Source of the DNA: Squalus acanthias
Lineage: Eukaryota
Assembly: GCA_030390025.1 (NCBI GenBank)
Contig: CM059432.1
Coordinates: forward strand, 25,732,001 to 25,796,000
DNA length: 64,000 nt
Reading direction: 5' to 3'
Position 1 is the first letter of the stretch. The number at the start of each line of letters is the position of its first letter. Made by a program: the position numbers and the translations under genes. Below are positions 33,301-45,300 of the stretch, in pieces. A model generated the notes under the pieces. The model ran no database searches. It was given only the letters and a program-made list of their open reading frames with translations, and was not told where the DNA came from.

Positions 33301-36300
33301 GGTCCCGACATCGCTCCTGGGCCTTGACCTCATTCCTGGGTCTCTACCTTGCTCCTGGGCCCCGTCCTCGCTCCTGGGTCCCATCCCCGCTCCTGGGCAC
33401 CGCCCTCGCTCCTGGGCCTCGTCTTCGCTCCTGGGTCCCAACCTCGCTCATGGGTCCCGACCTCGCTCCTGGGCCTCAACCTCGCTCCTGGGCCTCGATT
33501 TTGCTCCTGGGCCCCGTCCTCGCTCCAGGGCACCGACCTCGCTGTTGAGTCTCGTCCTCGCTCCTGGGCCTCGTCCTCGCTCCTGGGTCCCGACCTCGCT
33601 CCTGGGCCTCGACCTCGCTCCTGGGTCCCGACCTCGCTCCTGGGCCTCGACCTCGCTCCTGGGCCTCGACCTCGCTCCTGGGTCTCGTCCTCGCTCCTGG
33701 GCCTCGACCTCGCTCCTGGGCCTCGACCTCGCTCCTGGGCCTCGACCTCGCTCCTGGGCCTCGACCTCGCTCCTGGGTCCCGACCTCGCTCCTGGGTCCC
33801 GTTCTCGCTCCTGGGCCCAGTCCTCGCCCCTGGGCCTCATCCTCGTCCCTGGGCCTCGTCCTCGCTCCTGGGCCTCGACCTCGCTCCTTGGTCCTGTCCT
33901 CGTCCCTGGGCCTCATCCTCGCTCCTGGGCCTCGTCCTCGCTCCTGGGCCTTGTCCTCACTCCTGGGACCCGACCTCGCTCCTGGGCCTCGAACTCGCTC
34001 CTGGGCCTCGACCTCGCTCCTGGGCCTCATCCTCGCTCCTGGGTCCCGTGCTCGCTCCGGGAATCGTCCTCGTCCCTGGGACTCGTCCTTGTTCCTGGGT
34101 CCCGACCTCGCTCCTGGGCCTTGACCTCATTCCTGGGTCTCTACCTCGCTCCTGGACCCCGTCCTCGCTCCTGGGTCCCATCCCCGCTCCTATGCACCGC
34201 CCTCGCTCCTGGGCCTCGTCTTCGCTCCTGGCTCCCAACCTCGCTCATGGGTCCCGACCTCGCTCCTGGGCCTCAACCTCGCTCCTGGGCCTCAATTTTG
34301 CTCCAGGGCCCCGTCCTCGCTCCTGGGCACCGACCTCGCTGTTGAGTCTCGTCCTCGCTCCTGGGCCTCATACTCGCTCCAGACCCTCGACCTCGCTCCT
34401 GGGTCCTGACCTCGCTTCTGGGCCTTGACCTCGCTCCTGGGCCTCATCCTCGCTCCTGGGCCTCATTCTCGCTCCTGGGCCTCGTCCTCGCTCCTGGGTC
34501 CTCACCTCGCTCCTGGGCCTTGACCTCGCTCCTGGGCCCCGTCCTCGCCCCTGGGCCTCATCCTTGCTCCTGGGCCTCATTCTCGCTCCAGACCCTCGAC
34601 CTCGCTCCTGGGCCTTGACCTCGCTCCTGCGCCTCGACCTCGCTCCTGGGCCTCAACCTCACTCCTGGGCCTCGTCCTCGTCCCTGGGCCTCGATCTCGC
34701 TCCTGGGTCCTGACCTCGCTCCTGGGTCTCGACCTCGCTCCTGGGCCTCGTTCTCGCTCCTGGATCCCGACCTCGCTCTTGGGCCTCGACCTCACTCCTG
34801 GGTCCCGACCTCGCTCCTGGTCCTCGTCCTCGCTCCTGAGACTCGTCCTCGACCCTGGTCCCCGTCCTCGCTCCTGGGTCCCGTCCTCACTCCTGGGTCA
34901 CGATCTCGCTCCTGGCCTTGTCCTCGCTCCTGGGCCTCGACCTCACTCCTGGGTCCCGACCTCGCTCCTGGGCACCGTCCTCGCTCCTGGGCCTCGACTC
35001 GCTCCTGGGCCTCGAACTCACTCCTGGGCCTCGACCTCGCTCCTGGGTTCCGACCTCGCTCCTGGCCTTGACCTCGCTCCTGGGCCTCGTCCTCGTCCCT
35101 GGGCCTTGACCTCGCTCCTGGGCCCCAACCTCGCTCCTGGGACTCGAACTCGCTCCTGGGCCTCGACCTCGCTCCTGGGCCTCATCCTCGCTCCTGGGTC
35201 CCATCCTCGCTCCTGTGCCTCGTCCTCGTCCCTGGGCCTCGATCTCGCTCCTGGGTCCTGAGCTCACTCCTGGGTCCCGACCTCGATCCTGGTCCTCGAC
35301 CTCGCTCCTGGATCCCGACCTCGCTCCTGGGCCTCGACCTCACTCCTGGGCCTCGAGCTCGCCCTCGCTCCTGGGCCTCGACCTCGCTCCTGGGTCCCGA
35401 CCTCGCTCCTGGGCCTCGTCCTCGCTCCTGGGCCTCGACTCGCTCCTGGTCCCGTCGTCGCTCCTGGGTCCCGACCTCGCCTCCTTGGTCTACCGACCTC
35501 GCTCCTGGTCCCGACCTCGCTCCTTGGTCCCGACCTCACTCCTGGCCTCGACCTCGCTCCTGGGCCTCGACCTCGCTCCTGGTCCCGTCGTCGCTCCTGA
35601 GGTCACTGACCTCAGCTCCTGGTCCCGTCGTCGCTCCTGGGTCCCGACCTCGCTCCTTGGTCCCGACCTCGCTCCTGGGTCCCGACCTCGCTCCTTGGTC
35701 CCGACCTCACTCCTGGGCCTCGACCCTCGCTCTGGGCCTCGACCTCGATCCTTGGTCCCGTCCTCGCTCCTGGGTCCCCGACCTCGCTCCTGGGCCTCGA
35801 CTCACTCCTGGCATCGACCTCGCTCCTGGGTCCCCGCCTCACTCCTGGGCCTCGACCTCGCTCCTGGGTCCGTCCTCGCTCCTGGGCCTCGACCTCACTC
35901 CTGAGCCTTGACCTCGCTCCTGGGTCCCGACCTCACTCCTGGGCCTCGACCTCACTCCTGGGTCCCGTCCTCACTCCTGGGTCCCGACCTCGCTCCTGGT
36001 CCTCGTCCTCGCTCCTGAGACTCGTCCTCGCTCCTGGGTCCCGAACTCACTCCTGGGCCTCGACCTCGCTCCTGGGCCTCGACCTCGCTCCTGGACCTCG
36101 TACTAGCTCCTGGGTCCCGACCTCGCTCCTGGGCCTCGTCCTCGTCCTCGTCCCTGGGCCTCAAACTCGTTCCTGGGCCTCGTCCTCGTCCTGGGCCTCA
36201 ACCTCGTTCCTGGGCCTCAACCTCACTCCTGGGCCTCGTCCTCGTCCCTGGGCCTCGATCTCGCTCCTGGGTCCCGACCTCGCACCTGGGTCCCGACCTC

Positions 36301-39300
36301 GCTCCTGGGCCTGGTCCTCGCTCCTGGGTCTGGTCCTCGCTCCTGGGCACCGACCTCGCTCATGGGCCTGGTCCTCGCTCCTGGGCACTGTCCTCGCTCC
36401 TGGGTCCCGTCCTCGCTCCTGGGCACATGACCTTGCTCCAGGGCCACGTCCTCACTCCTGGGCCCCGTTCTCGCTCCTGGATCCCGACCTCACTCCTGGG
36501 TCCCGAACTCGCTCCTGGGCACCGACCTCGCTCCTGGGCCTTGTCCTCGCTCCTGGGTCCCGACCTCGCTCCTGGGTCCCGTCCTCGCTCCTGGGTCCCG
36601 TCCTCGCTCCTGGGTCCCGACCTCGCTCCTGGGCCTCGACCTCGCTCCTGGGCCTCGACCTCGCTCCTGGGCCTCGACCTCGCTCCTGGGTCCCGATCTC
36701 GCCCCTGGGACCCGTCCTCGCTCCTGGGTCCCGTCCTCGCTCCTGGGCCTCGTCCTCACTCCTGGGTCCCGACTTCGCTCCTGGGCCTCGACCAAATCCT
36801 GGGCCTCGACCTCGTCCCTGGGACTCGTCCTCGTTCCTGGGTCCCGATCTCGCTCCTGGGTCCCGTCCTCGCTCCTGGGTCCCGACCTCGCTCCTGGGCC
36901 CCGTCCTCGCTCCTGGGTCCCGTCCTCGCTCCTGGGACTCGTCCTCGTCTCTGGGACTCGTCCTCGTTCCTTGGTCTCGACCTCACTCCTGGGTCTCGAC
37001 CTCGCTCCTGGTCCCCGTCCTCGCTCCTGGGTCCCGTCCTCGCTCCATGCACCAACCTCGCTCCTGGGCCTCGTCCTCGCTCCTGGGTCCATCCTCGCTC
37101 CTGGGCCCTGTCCTCGCTCCTGGGTCCCGACCTCGCTCCTGGGCCTCGAACTCACTCCTGGGCCCGTCCTCGCTCCTGGGCCTCGACCTCACTCCTGGGT
37201 CCCGTCCTCACTCCTGGGCCTTGTCCTCGCTCCTGGGCCCCGTCCTCGCTCCTGGGCCTCGACCTCACTCCTGGGTCCCGTCCTCACTCCTGGGTCCCGA
37301 CCTCGCTCCTGGTCCTCGTCCTCGCTCCTGAGACTCGTCCTCGACCCTGGTCCCCAACCTCGCTCCTGGGCCTTGACCTCGCTCCTGGGTTCCGTCCTCG
37401 CTCCATGCACCAACCTCGCTCCTGGGCCTCGTCCTCGCTCCTGGGTCCCATTCTCGCTCCTGGGCCCCGTCCTCGCTCCTGGGTCCCGACCTCGCTCCTG
37501 GTCCTCATCCTCGCTCCTGAGACTCGTCCTCGACCCTGGGCCCCGTCCTCGCTCCTGGGTCCCGTCCTCACTCCTGGGTCCCGACCTCGCTCCTGGACCT
37601 TGTCCTCGCTCCTGGGTCTCGACCTCACTCCTGGGTCCCGACCTCGCTCCTGGGCCTTGACCTCGCTCCTGGGTTCCGACCTCGCTCCTGGGCCTCGACC
37701 TCGCTCCTGGGCCTCGACCTCGCTCCTGGGCCTCGAACTCGCTCCTGGGCCTCGACCTCGCTCCTGGGTTCCGACCTCGCTCCTGGGCCTCGAACTCGCT
37801 CCTGGGCCTCGAACTCGCTCCTGGGCCTCGAACTCGCTCCTGGGCCTCGAACTCGCTCCTGGGCCTCGACCTCGCTCCTGGGTCCGACCTCGCTCCTGGG
37901 CCTCGACCTCGCTCCTGGGCCTCGACCTCGCTCCTGGGTCTCGTCCTCGCTCCTGGGCCTCGTCCTCGCTCCTGGGCCTCGACCTCGCTCCTGGGCCTCG
38001 ACCTCGCTCCTGGGCCTCGACCTCGCTCCTGGGTCCCGACCTCGCTCCTGGGCCTCGACCTCGCTCCTGGGTCCCGACCTCGCTCCTGGGCCTCGACCTC
38101 GCTCCTGGGCCTCGACCTCGCTCCTGGGCCTCGTCCTCGCTCCTGGGCCTCGTCCTCGCTCCTGGGCCTCGACCTCGCTCCTGGGCCTCGACCTCGCTCC
38201 TGGGCCTCGACCTCGCTCCTGGGTCCCGACCTCGCTCCTGGGTCCCGTTCTCGCTCCTGGGCCCAGTCCTCGTCCCTGGGCCTCATCCTCGTCCTGGGCC
38301 TCGTCCTCGCTCCTGGGCCTCGACCTCGCTCCTTGGTCCTGTCCTCGTCCCTGGGCCTCATCCTCGCTCCTGGGTCCTGACCTCACTCCTGGGTCCCGTC
38401 CTCACTCCTGGGTCCCGACCTCGCTCCTGGTCCTCGTCCTCGCTCCTGAGACTCGTCCTCGACCCTGGTCCCCGTCCTCACTCCTGGGCCTCGATTTCGC
38501 TTCTGGGCCCCGTCCTCATTCTCGTGCACCGACCTCACTCTTGGGTCTCGTCCTCGCTCCTGGGCACCGTCCTCGCTCCTGGACACCGTCCTCGCTCCTG
38601 GGTCCCATCCTCGCTTCTGGGCCTCGTCCTCGCTCCTGGGCACCGTCCTCGCTCCTGGACACCGTCCTCGCTCCTGGGTCCCATCCTCGCTTCTGGGCCT
38701 CGTCCTCGCTCCTGGGCCTCGTCCTCGCTCTTGGGTCCCGACCTCGCTCCTGGGTCCCGACCTCGCTCCTGGGCCTCGACCTCGCTCCTGGGTCCCGACC
38801 TCGCTCCTGGGCCTCGACCTCACTCCTGGGCCTCGACCTCGCTCCTGGGACCCGTCCTCGTCCCTGGGCCTCGTCCTCGCTCCTGGGCCTCGTCCTCGCT
38901 CCTGGGTCCTCACCTCGCTCCTGGGCCTTGACCTCGCTCCTGGGACCCGTCCTCGCCCCTGGGCCTCATCCTTGCTCCTGGGCCTCATTCTTGCTCCAGA
39001 CCCTCGACCTCGCTCCTGGGTCCTGACCTCGCTCCTGGGGTTGACCTCGCTCCTGGGCCCCGTCCTCGCCCCTGGGCCTCATCCTCGCTCCTGGTCCTCA
39101 TTCTCGCTCCTTGGCCTCGTCCTCGCTCCTGGGTCCTGACCTCGCTCCTGGGCCTCATCCTCGCTCCTGGGCCTCGTCCTCGCTCCTGGGCCTCATTCTC
39201 GCTCCTGGGCCTCGTCCTCGCTCTTGGGCCTCGACCTCGCTCCTGGTACCTGACCTCACTCCTGGGCCTCGACCTCGCTCCTGGGTCCCGACCTCGCTCC

Positions 39301-42300
39301 TGGGCCTCGACCTCGCTCCTGGGCCTCGACCTCGCTCCTGGGCCTCGACCCTCGCTCCTGGGCCCCGTCCTCGTCCCTGGGCCTCGTCCTCGCTCCTGGG
39401 CCTCGTCCTCGCTCCTGGGTCCTGACCTTGCTCCTGGGCCTTGACCTCGCTCCTGGGCCCGTCCTCGCCCCTGGGCCTCATCCTCGCTCCTGGGCCTCAT
39501 TCTCGCTCCAGGCCCTCGACCTCGCTCCTGGGTCCTGACCTCGCTCCTGGGCCTTGACCTCGCTCCTGGGCCCCATGTTCGCTCCTGGGCCTCATCCTCG
39601 CTCCTGGGCCTCATTCTTGTTCCTGGGCCTCGTCCTCGCTCCTGGGTCCTGACCTCGCTCCTGGGCCTCGTCCTCGCTCCTGGGCCTCGACCTCGCTCCT
39701 GGGTCCAGACCTCGCTCCTGGGCCTCATCCTCGCTCCTGGGCATCGACCTCGCTCCTGGGTCCCGTCATCGCTCCTGTGTCCCGACCTCGCTCCTGGGTC
39801 CTGACCTCACTCCTGGGCCTCATCCTCGCTCCTGGGCCCCGTCCTCACCCTGGGTCCCGACCTCGCTCCTGGGCCTCGATTTTGCTTCTGGGCCCCATCC
39901 TCACTCTCGGGCACCGACCTCACTCTTGGTTCTCGTCCTCGCTCCTGGGCACTGTCCTCGCTCCTGGACACCGTCCTCGCTCCTGGGTCCCATCCTCGCT
40001 TCTGGGCCTCGTACTCGCTCCTGGGCCTCGTCCTCGCTCCTGGGTCCCGACCTCGCTCCTGGGCCTTGTCCTCGCTCCTGGGCCTCGACCTCGCTCCTGG
40101 GTCTCGTCCTCGCTCCTGGGTCCCGACCTCGCTCCTGGGCCTCGACCTCGCTCCTGGGCCTCGACCTCACTCCTGGGCCTCGACCTCGCTCCTGTGCACT
40201 GTCCTCGTCCCTGGGCCTCGTCCACGCTCCTGGTCCTCGTCCTCACTCCTGCGTCCGCACCTCGCTCCTGGGCCTTGACCTCGCTCCTGGGCCCCGTCCT
40301 CGACCCTGGGCCTCATCCTTGCTCCTGGGCCTCATTCTCGCTCCAGACCCTCGACCTCGCTCCTGGGTCCTGACCTCGCTCCTGCGCCTTGACCTCGCTC
40401 CTGGGCCCCGTCCTCGCTCCTGGGCCTCATTCTCGCTCCTGGGCCTCGTCCTCGCTCCTGGGTCCTCACCTCGCTCCTGGGCCTTGACCTCGCTCCTGTG
40501 CCCCATCCTCGCCCCTGGGCCTCATCCTTGCTCCTGGGCCTCATTCTCGCTCCAGACCCTCGACCTCGCTCCTGGGTCCTGACCTCACTCCTGGGCCTCG
40601 TGCTCGCTCCTGGGCCCCGTCCTCACCCCTGGGTCTCGTTCTCGCGCCTGGATCCCGTCCTCGCTCCTGGGTCCCGACCTCGCTCCTGGGCCTCGATTTT
40701 GCTCCTGGGCCCCGTCCTCACTCTCGGGCACCGACCTCACTCTTGGGTCTCGTCCTCGCTCCTGGGCACCGTCCTCGCTCCTGGACACCGTCCTCGCTCC
40801 TGGGTCCCATCATCGCTTCTGGGCCTCGTCCTCGCTCCTGGGCCTCGTCCTCGCTATGGGTACCGACCTCGCTCCTGGGCCTTGTCCTCGCTCCTGGGCT
40901 CGACCTCGCTCCTGGGTCTCGTCCTCGATCCTGGGCCTTGACCTCGCACCGGGGCCTCGACCGCACTCCTGGGCCTCGATTCGACCCTGGGTCCCGACCT
41001 CGCTCCCGGTTCCCGACTCGCTCCTGGGTCCCTCCTCGCTCCTGGGCCCCATCTCGCTCCTGGGCCCGACCTCGCTCCTGGCCTCGCCTCGCTCCTGGGC
41101 CTCGCCTCGCTCCTGGGCCCGTCCTCGCTCCTGGGTCCCGACCTCGCTCCTGGGTCCCACCTCGCTCCTGGGCTCGACCTCGCTCCTGGGCCCGTCCTCG
41201 CTCCTGGGCCTCGATTTGCTCCTGGTCCCGTCCTCGCTCCTGGGCCTCGACCTCGCTGTCCCTCTTGGCCTCGTCCTCGCTCCTGGCCCGACCTCGCTCC
41301 TGGGTCCCGACCTCGCTCCTGGGCCTCGACCTCGCTCCTGGGCCCGACTCGCTCCTGGGCCCTGACCTCGCTCCTGGGCCTTGTCCTCGCTCCTGGGCCT
41401 CGACCTCGCTCCTGGGCCTCGACCTCGCTCCTGGGCCTCGACCTCGCTCCTGGGCCTCGACCTCGCTCCTGGGTCCCGACCTCACTCCTGGGTCCCGTTC
41501 TCGCTCCTGGGCCCTGTCCTAGTCCCTGGGCCTCATCCTCGTCCCTGGGCCTCATTCTCGTCCCTGGGTCCTGACCTCACTCCTGGGCCTCGTCCTCGCT
41601 CCTGGGCCCCGTCCTCACCCCTGGGTCTCGTTCTCGCGCCTGGATCCCGTCCTCGCTCCTGGGTCCCGACCTCGCTCCTGGGCCTCGATTTTGCTCCTGG
41701 GCCCCATCCTCACTCTCGGGCACCGACCTCACTCTTGGTTCTCGTCCTCGCTCCTGGGCACTGTCCTCGCTCCTGGACACCGTCCTCGCTCCTGATTCCC
41801 ATCCTCGCTTCTGGGCCTCATCCTCGCTCCTGGGCCTCGTCCTCGCTCCTGGGTCCCGACCTCGCTCCTGGGTCCCGACCTCGCTCCTGGGCCTCGTCCT
41901 CGCTCCTGGGCCTCGACCTCGCTCCTGGGTCTCGTCCTCGCTCCTGGGTCCCGACCTCGCTCCTGGGCCTCGACCTCGCTCCTAGTTCCCGACCTCGCTC
42001 CTGGGCCTCGACCTCACTCCTGGGCCTCGTCCTCGTCCCTGGGCCTCGTCCACGCTCCTGGGCCTCGTCCTCGCTCCTGGGTCCCCACCTCCCTCCTGGG
42101 CCTTGACCTCGCTCCTGGGCCCCGTCCTCGACCCTGGGCCTCATCCTTGCTCCTGGGCCTCATTCTCGCTCCAGACCCTCGGCCTCGCTCCTGGGTCCAG
42201 ACCTCGCTCCTGGGCCTTGACCTCGCTCCTGGACCCCGTCCTCGCCCCTGGGCCTCATCCTCGCTCCTGGGCCTCATTCTCGCTCCTGGGCCTCGTCCTC

Positions 42301-45300
42301 GCTCCTGGGTCCTCACCTCGCTCCTGGGCCTTGACCTCGTTCCTCGGCCCCGTCCTCGCCCCTGGGCCTCATCCTTGCTCCTGGGCCTCATTCTCGCTCC
42401 AGACCCTCGACCTCGCTCCTGGGTCCTGACCTCACTCCTGGGCCTCATGCTCGCTCCTGGGCCCTGTCCTCACCCCTGGGTCTCGTTCTCGCGCCTGGAT
42501 CCCGTCCTCGCTCCTGGGTCCCGACCTCGCTCCTGGGCCTCGATTTTGCTCCTGGGCCCCGTCCTCACTCTCGGGCACCGACCTCACTCTTGGGTCTCGT
42601 CCTCGCTCCTGGGCACCGTCCTCGCTCCTGGACACCGTCCTCGCTCATGGGTCCCATCCTCGCTTCTGGGCCTCGTCCTCGCTCCTGGGCCTCGTCCTCG
42701 CTCCTGGGCCTCGACCTCGCTCCTGGGCCTCGTCCTCGCTCCTGGGTCCCGACCTCGCTCCTGGGCCTCGACCTCGCTCCTAGGTCCCGACCTCGCTCCT
42801 GGGCCTCGACCTCACTCCTGGGCCTCGTCCTCGTCCCTGGGCCTCGTCCACGCACCTGGGACTCGTCCTCGCTCCTGGGTCCCCACCTCCCTCCTGGGCC
42901 TTGACCTCGCTCCTGGGCCCCGTCCTCGACCCTGGGCCTCATCCTTGCTCCTGGGCCTCATTCTCGCTCCAGACCCTCGGCCTCGCTCCTGGGTCCAGAC
43001 CTCGCTCCTGGGCCTTGACCTCGCTCCTGGGCCCCGTCCTCGCCCCTGGGCCTCATCCTCGCTCCTGGGCCTCATTCTCGCTCCTGGGCCTCGTCCTCGC
43101 TCCTGGGTCCTCACCTCGCTCCTGGGCCTTGACCTCGTTCCTCGGCCCCGTCCTCGCCCCTGGGCCTCATCCTTGCTCCTGGGCCTCATTCTCGCTCCAG
43201 ACCCTCGACCTCACTCCTGGGTCCCGACCTCGCTCCTGGGCCTCGACCTCGCTCCTAGTTCCCGACCTCGCTCCTGGGCCTCGACCTCACTCCTGGGCCT
43301 CGTCCTCGTCCCTGGGCCTCGTCCACGCTCCTGGCCTCGTCCTCGCTCCTGGGTCCCCACCTCCCTCCTGGGCCTTGACCTCGCTCCTGGGCCCCGTCCT
43401 CGACCCTGGGCCTCATCCTTGCTCCTGGGCCTCATTCTCGCTCCAGACCCTCGGCCTCGCTCCTGGGTCCAGACCTCGCTCCTGGGCCTTGACCTCGCTC
43501 CTGGACCCCGTCCTCGCCCCTGGGCCTCATCCTCGCTCCTGGGCCTCATTCTCGCTCCTGGGCCTCGTCCTCGCTCCTGGGTCCTCACCTCGCTCCTGGG
43601 CCTTGACCTCGTTCCTCGGCCCCGTCCTCGCCCCTGGGCCTCATCCTTGCTCCTGGGCCTCATTCTCGCTCCAGACCCTCGACCTCGCTCCTGGGTCCTG
43701 ACCTCACTCCTGGGCCTCATGCTCGCTCCTGGGCCCTGTCCTCAGCCCTGGGTCTCGTTCTCGCGCCTGGATCCCGTCCTCGCTCCTGGGTCCCGACCTC
43801 GCTCCTGGGCCTCGATTTTGCTCCTGGGCCCCGTCCTCACTCTCGGGCACCGACCTCACTCTTGGGTCTCGTCCTCGCTCCTGGGCACCGTCCTCGCTCC
43901 TGGACACCGTCCTCGCTCATGGGTCCCATCCTCGCTTCTGGGCCTCGTCCTCGCTCCTGGGCCTCGTCCTCGCTCCTGGGCCTCGACCTCGCTCCTGGGC
44001 CTCGTCCTCGTCCCTGGGCCTCGTCCACGCACCTGGGCCTCGTCCTCGCTCCTGGGTCCCCACCTCCCTCCTGGGCCTTGACCTCGCTCCTGGGCCCCGT
44101 CCTCGACCCTGGGCCTCATCCTTGCTCCTGGGCCTCATTCTCGCTCCAGACCCTCGGCCTCGCTCCTGGGTCCAGACCTCGCTCCTGGGCCTTGACCTCG
44201 CTCCTGGGCCCCGTCCTCGCCCCTGGGCCTCATCCTCGCTCCTGGGCCTCATTCTCGCTCCTGGGCCTCGTCCTCGCTCCTGGGCCCCTCACCTCGCTCC
44301 TGGGCCTTGACCTCGTTCCTCGCCCCGTCCTCGCCCCGGGCCTCATCCTTGCTCCTGGGCCTCATTCTCGCTCCAGACCCTCGACCTCGCTCCTGGGTCC
44401 TGACCTCACTCCTGGGCCTCATGCTCGCTCCTGGGCCCTGTCCTCAGCCCTGGGTCTCGTTCTCGCGCCTGGATTCCGTCCTCGCTCCTGGGTCCCGACC
44501 TCGCTCCTGGGCCTCGATTTTGCTCCTGGGCCCCGTCCTCACTCTCGGGCACCGACCTCACTCTTGGGTCTCGTCCTCGCTCCTGGGCACCGTCCTCGCT
44601 CATGGGTCCCATCCTCGCTTCTGGGCCTCGTCCTCGCTCCTGGGCCTCGTCCTCGCTCCTGGGTCTCGACCTCGCTCCTGGGCCTTGTCCTCGCTCCTGG
44701 GCCTCGACCTCGCTCCTGGGTCTCGTCCTCGCTCCTGGGACCCGACTCGCACCTGGGCCCTCGACCTCCCTCCTGGCCTCGATCTCTCCTGGGTCCCGAC
44801 CTCTCTCCCTGGGTCCCGACCTCGCTCCTGGGTCCCTTCCTCGCTCCTGGGCCTCGTCCTCGCTCCTGGCCTTGTCCTCACANNNNNNNNNNNNNNNNNN
44901 NNNNNNNNNNNNNNNNNNNNNNNNNNNNNNNNNNNNNNNNNNNNNNNNNNNNNNNNNNNNNNNNNNNNNNNNNNNNNNNNNNNNNNNNNNNNNNNNNNNN
45001 NNNNNNNNNNNNNNNNNNNNNNNNNNNNNNNNNNNNNNNNNNNNNNNNNNNNNNNNNNNNNNNNNNNNNNNNNNNNNNNNNNNNNNNNNNNNNNNNNNNN
45101 NNNNNNNNNNNNNNNNNNNNNNNNNNNNNNNNNNNNNNNNNNNNNNNNNNNNNNNNNNNNNNNNNNNNNNNNNNNNNNNNNNNNNNNNNNNNNNNNNNNN
45201 NNNNNNNNNNNNNNNNNNNNNNNNNNNNNNNNNNNNNNNNNNGGTCTGGTCCTCGCTCCTGGGCACCATCCTCGCTCCTGGGTCTCGTCCTCGCTCCTGG

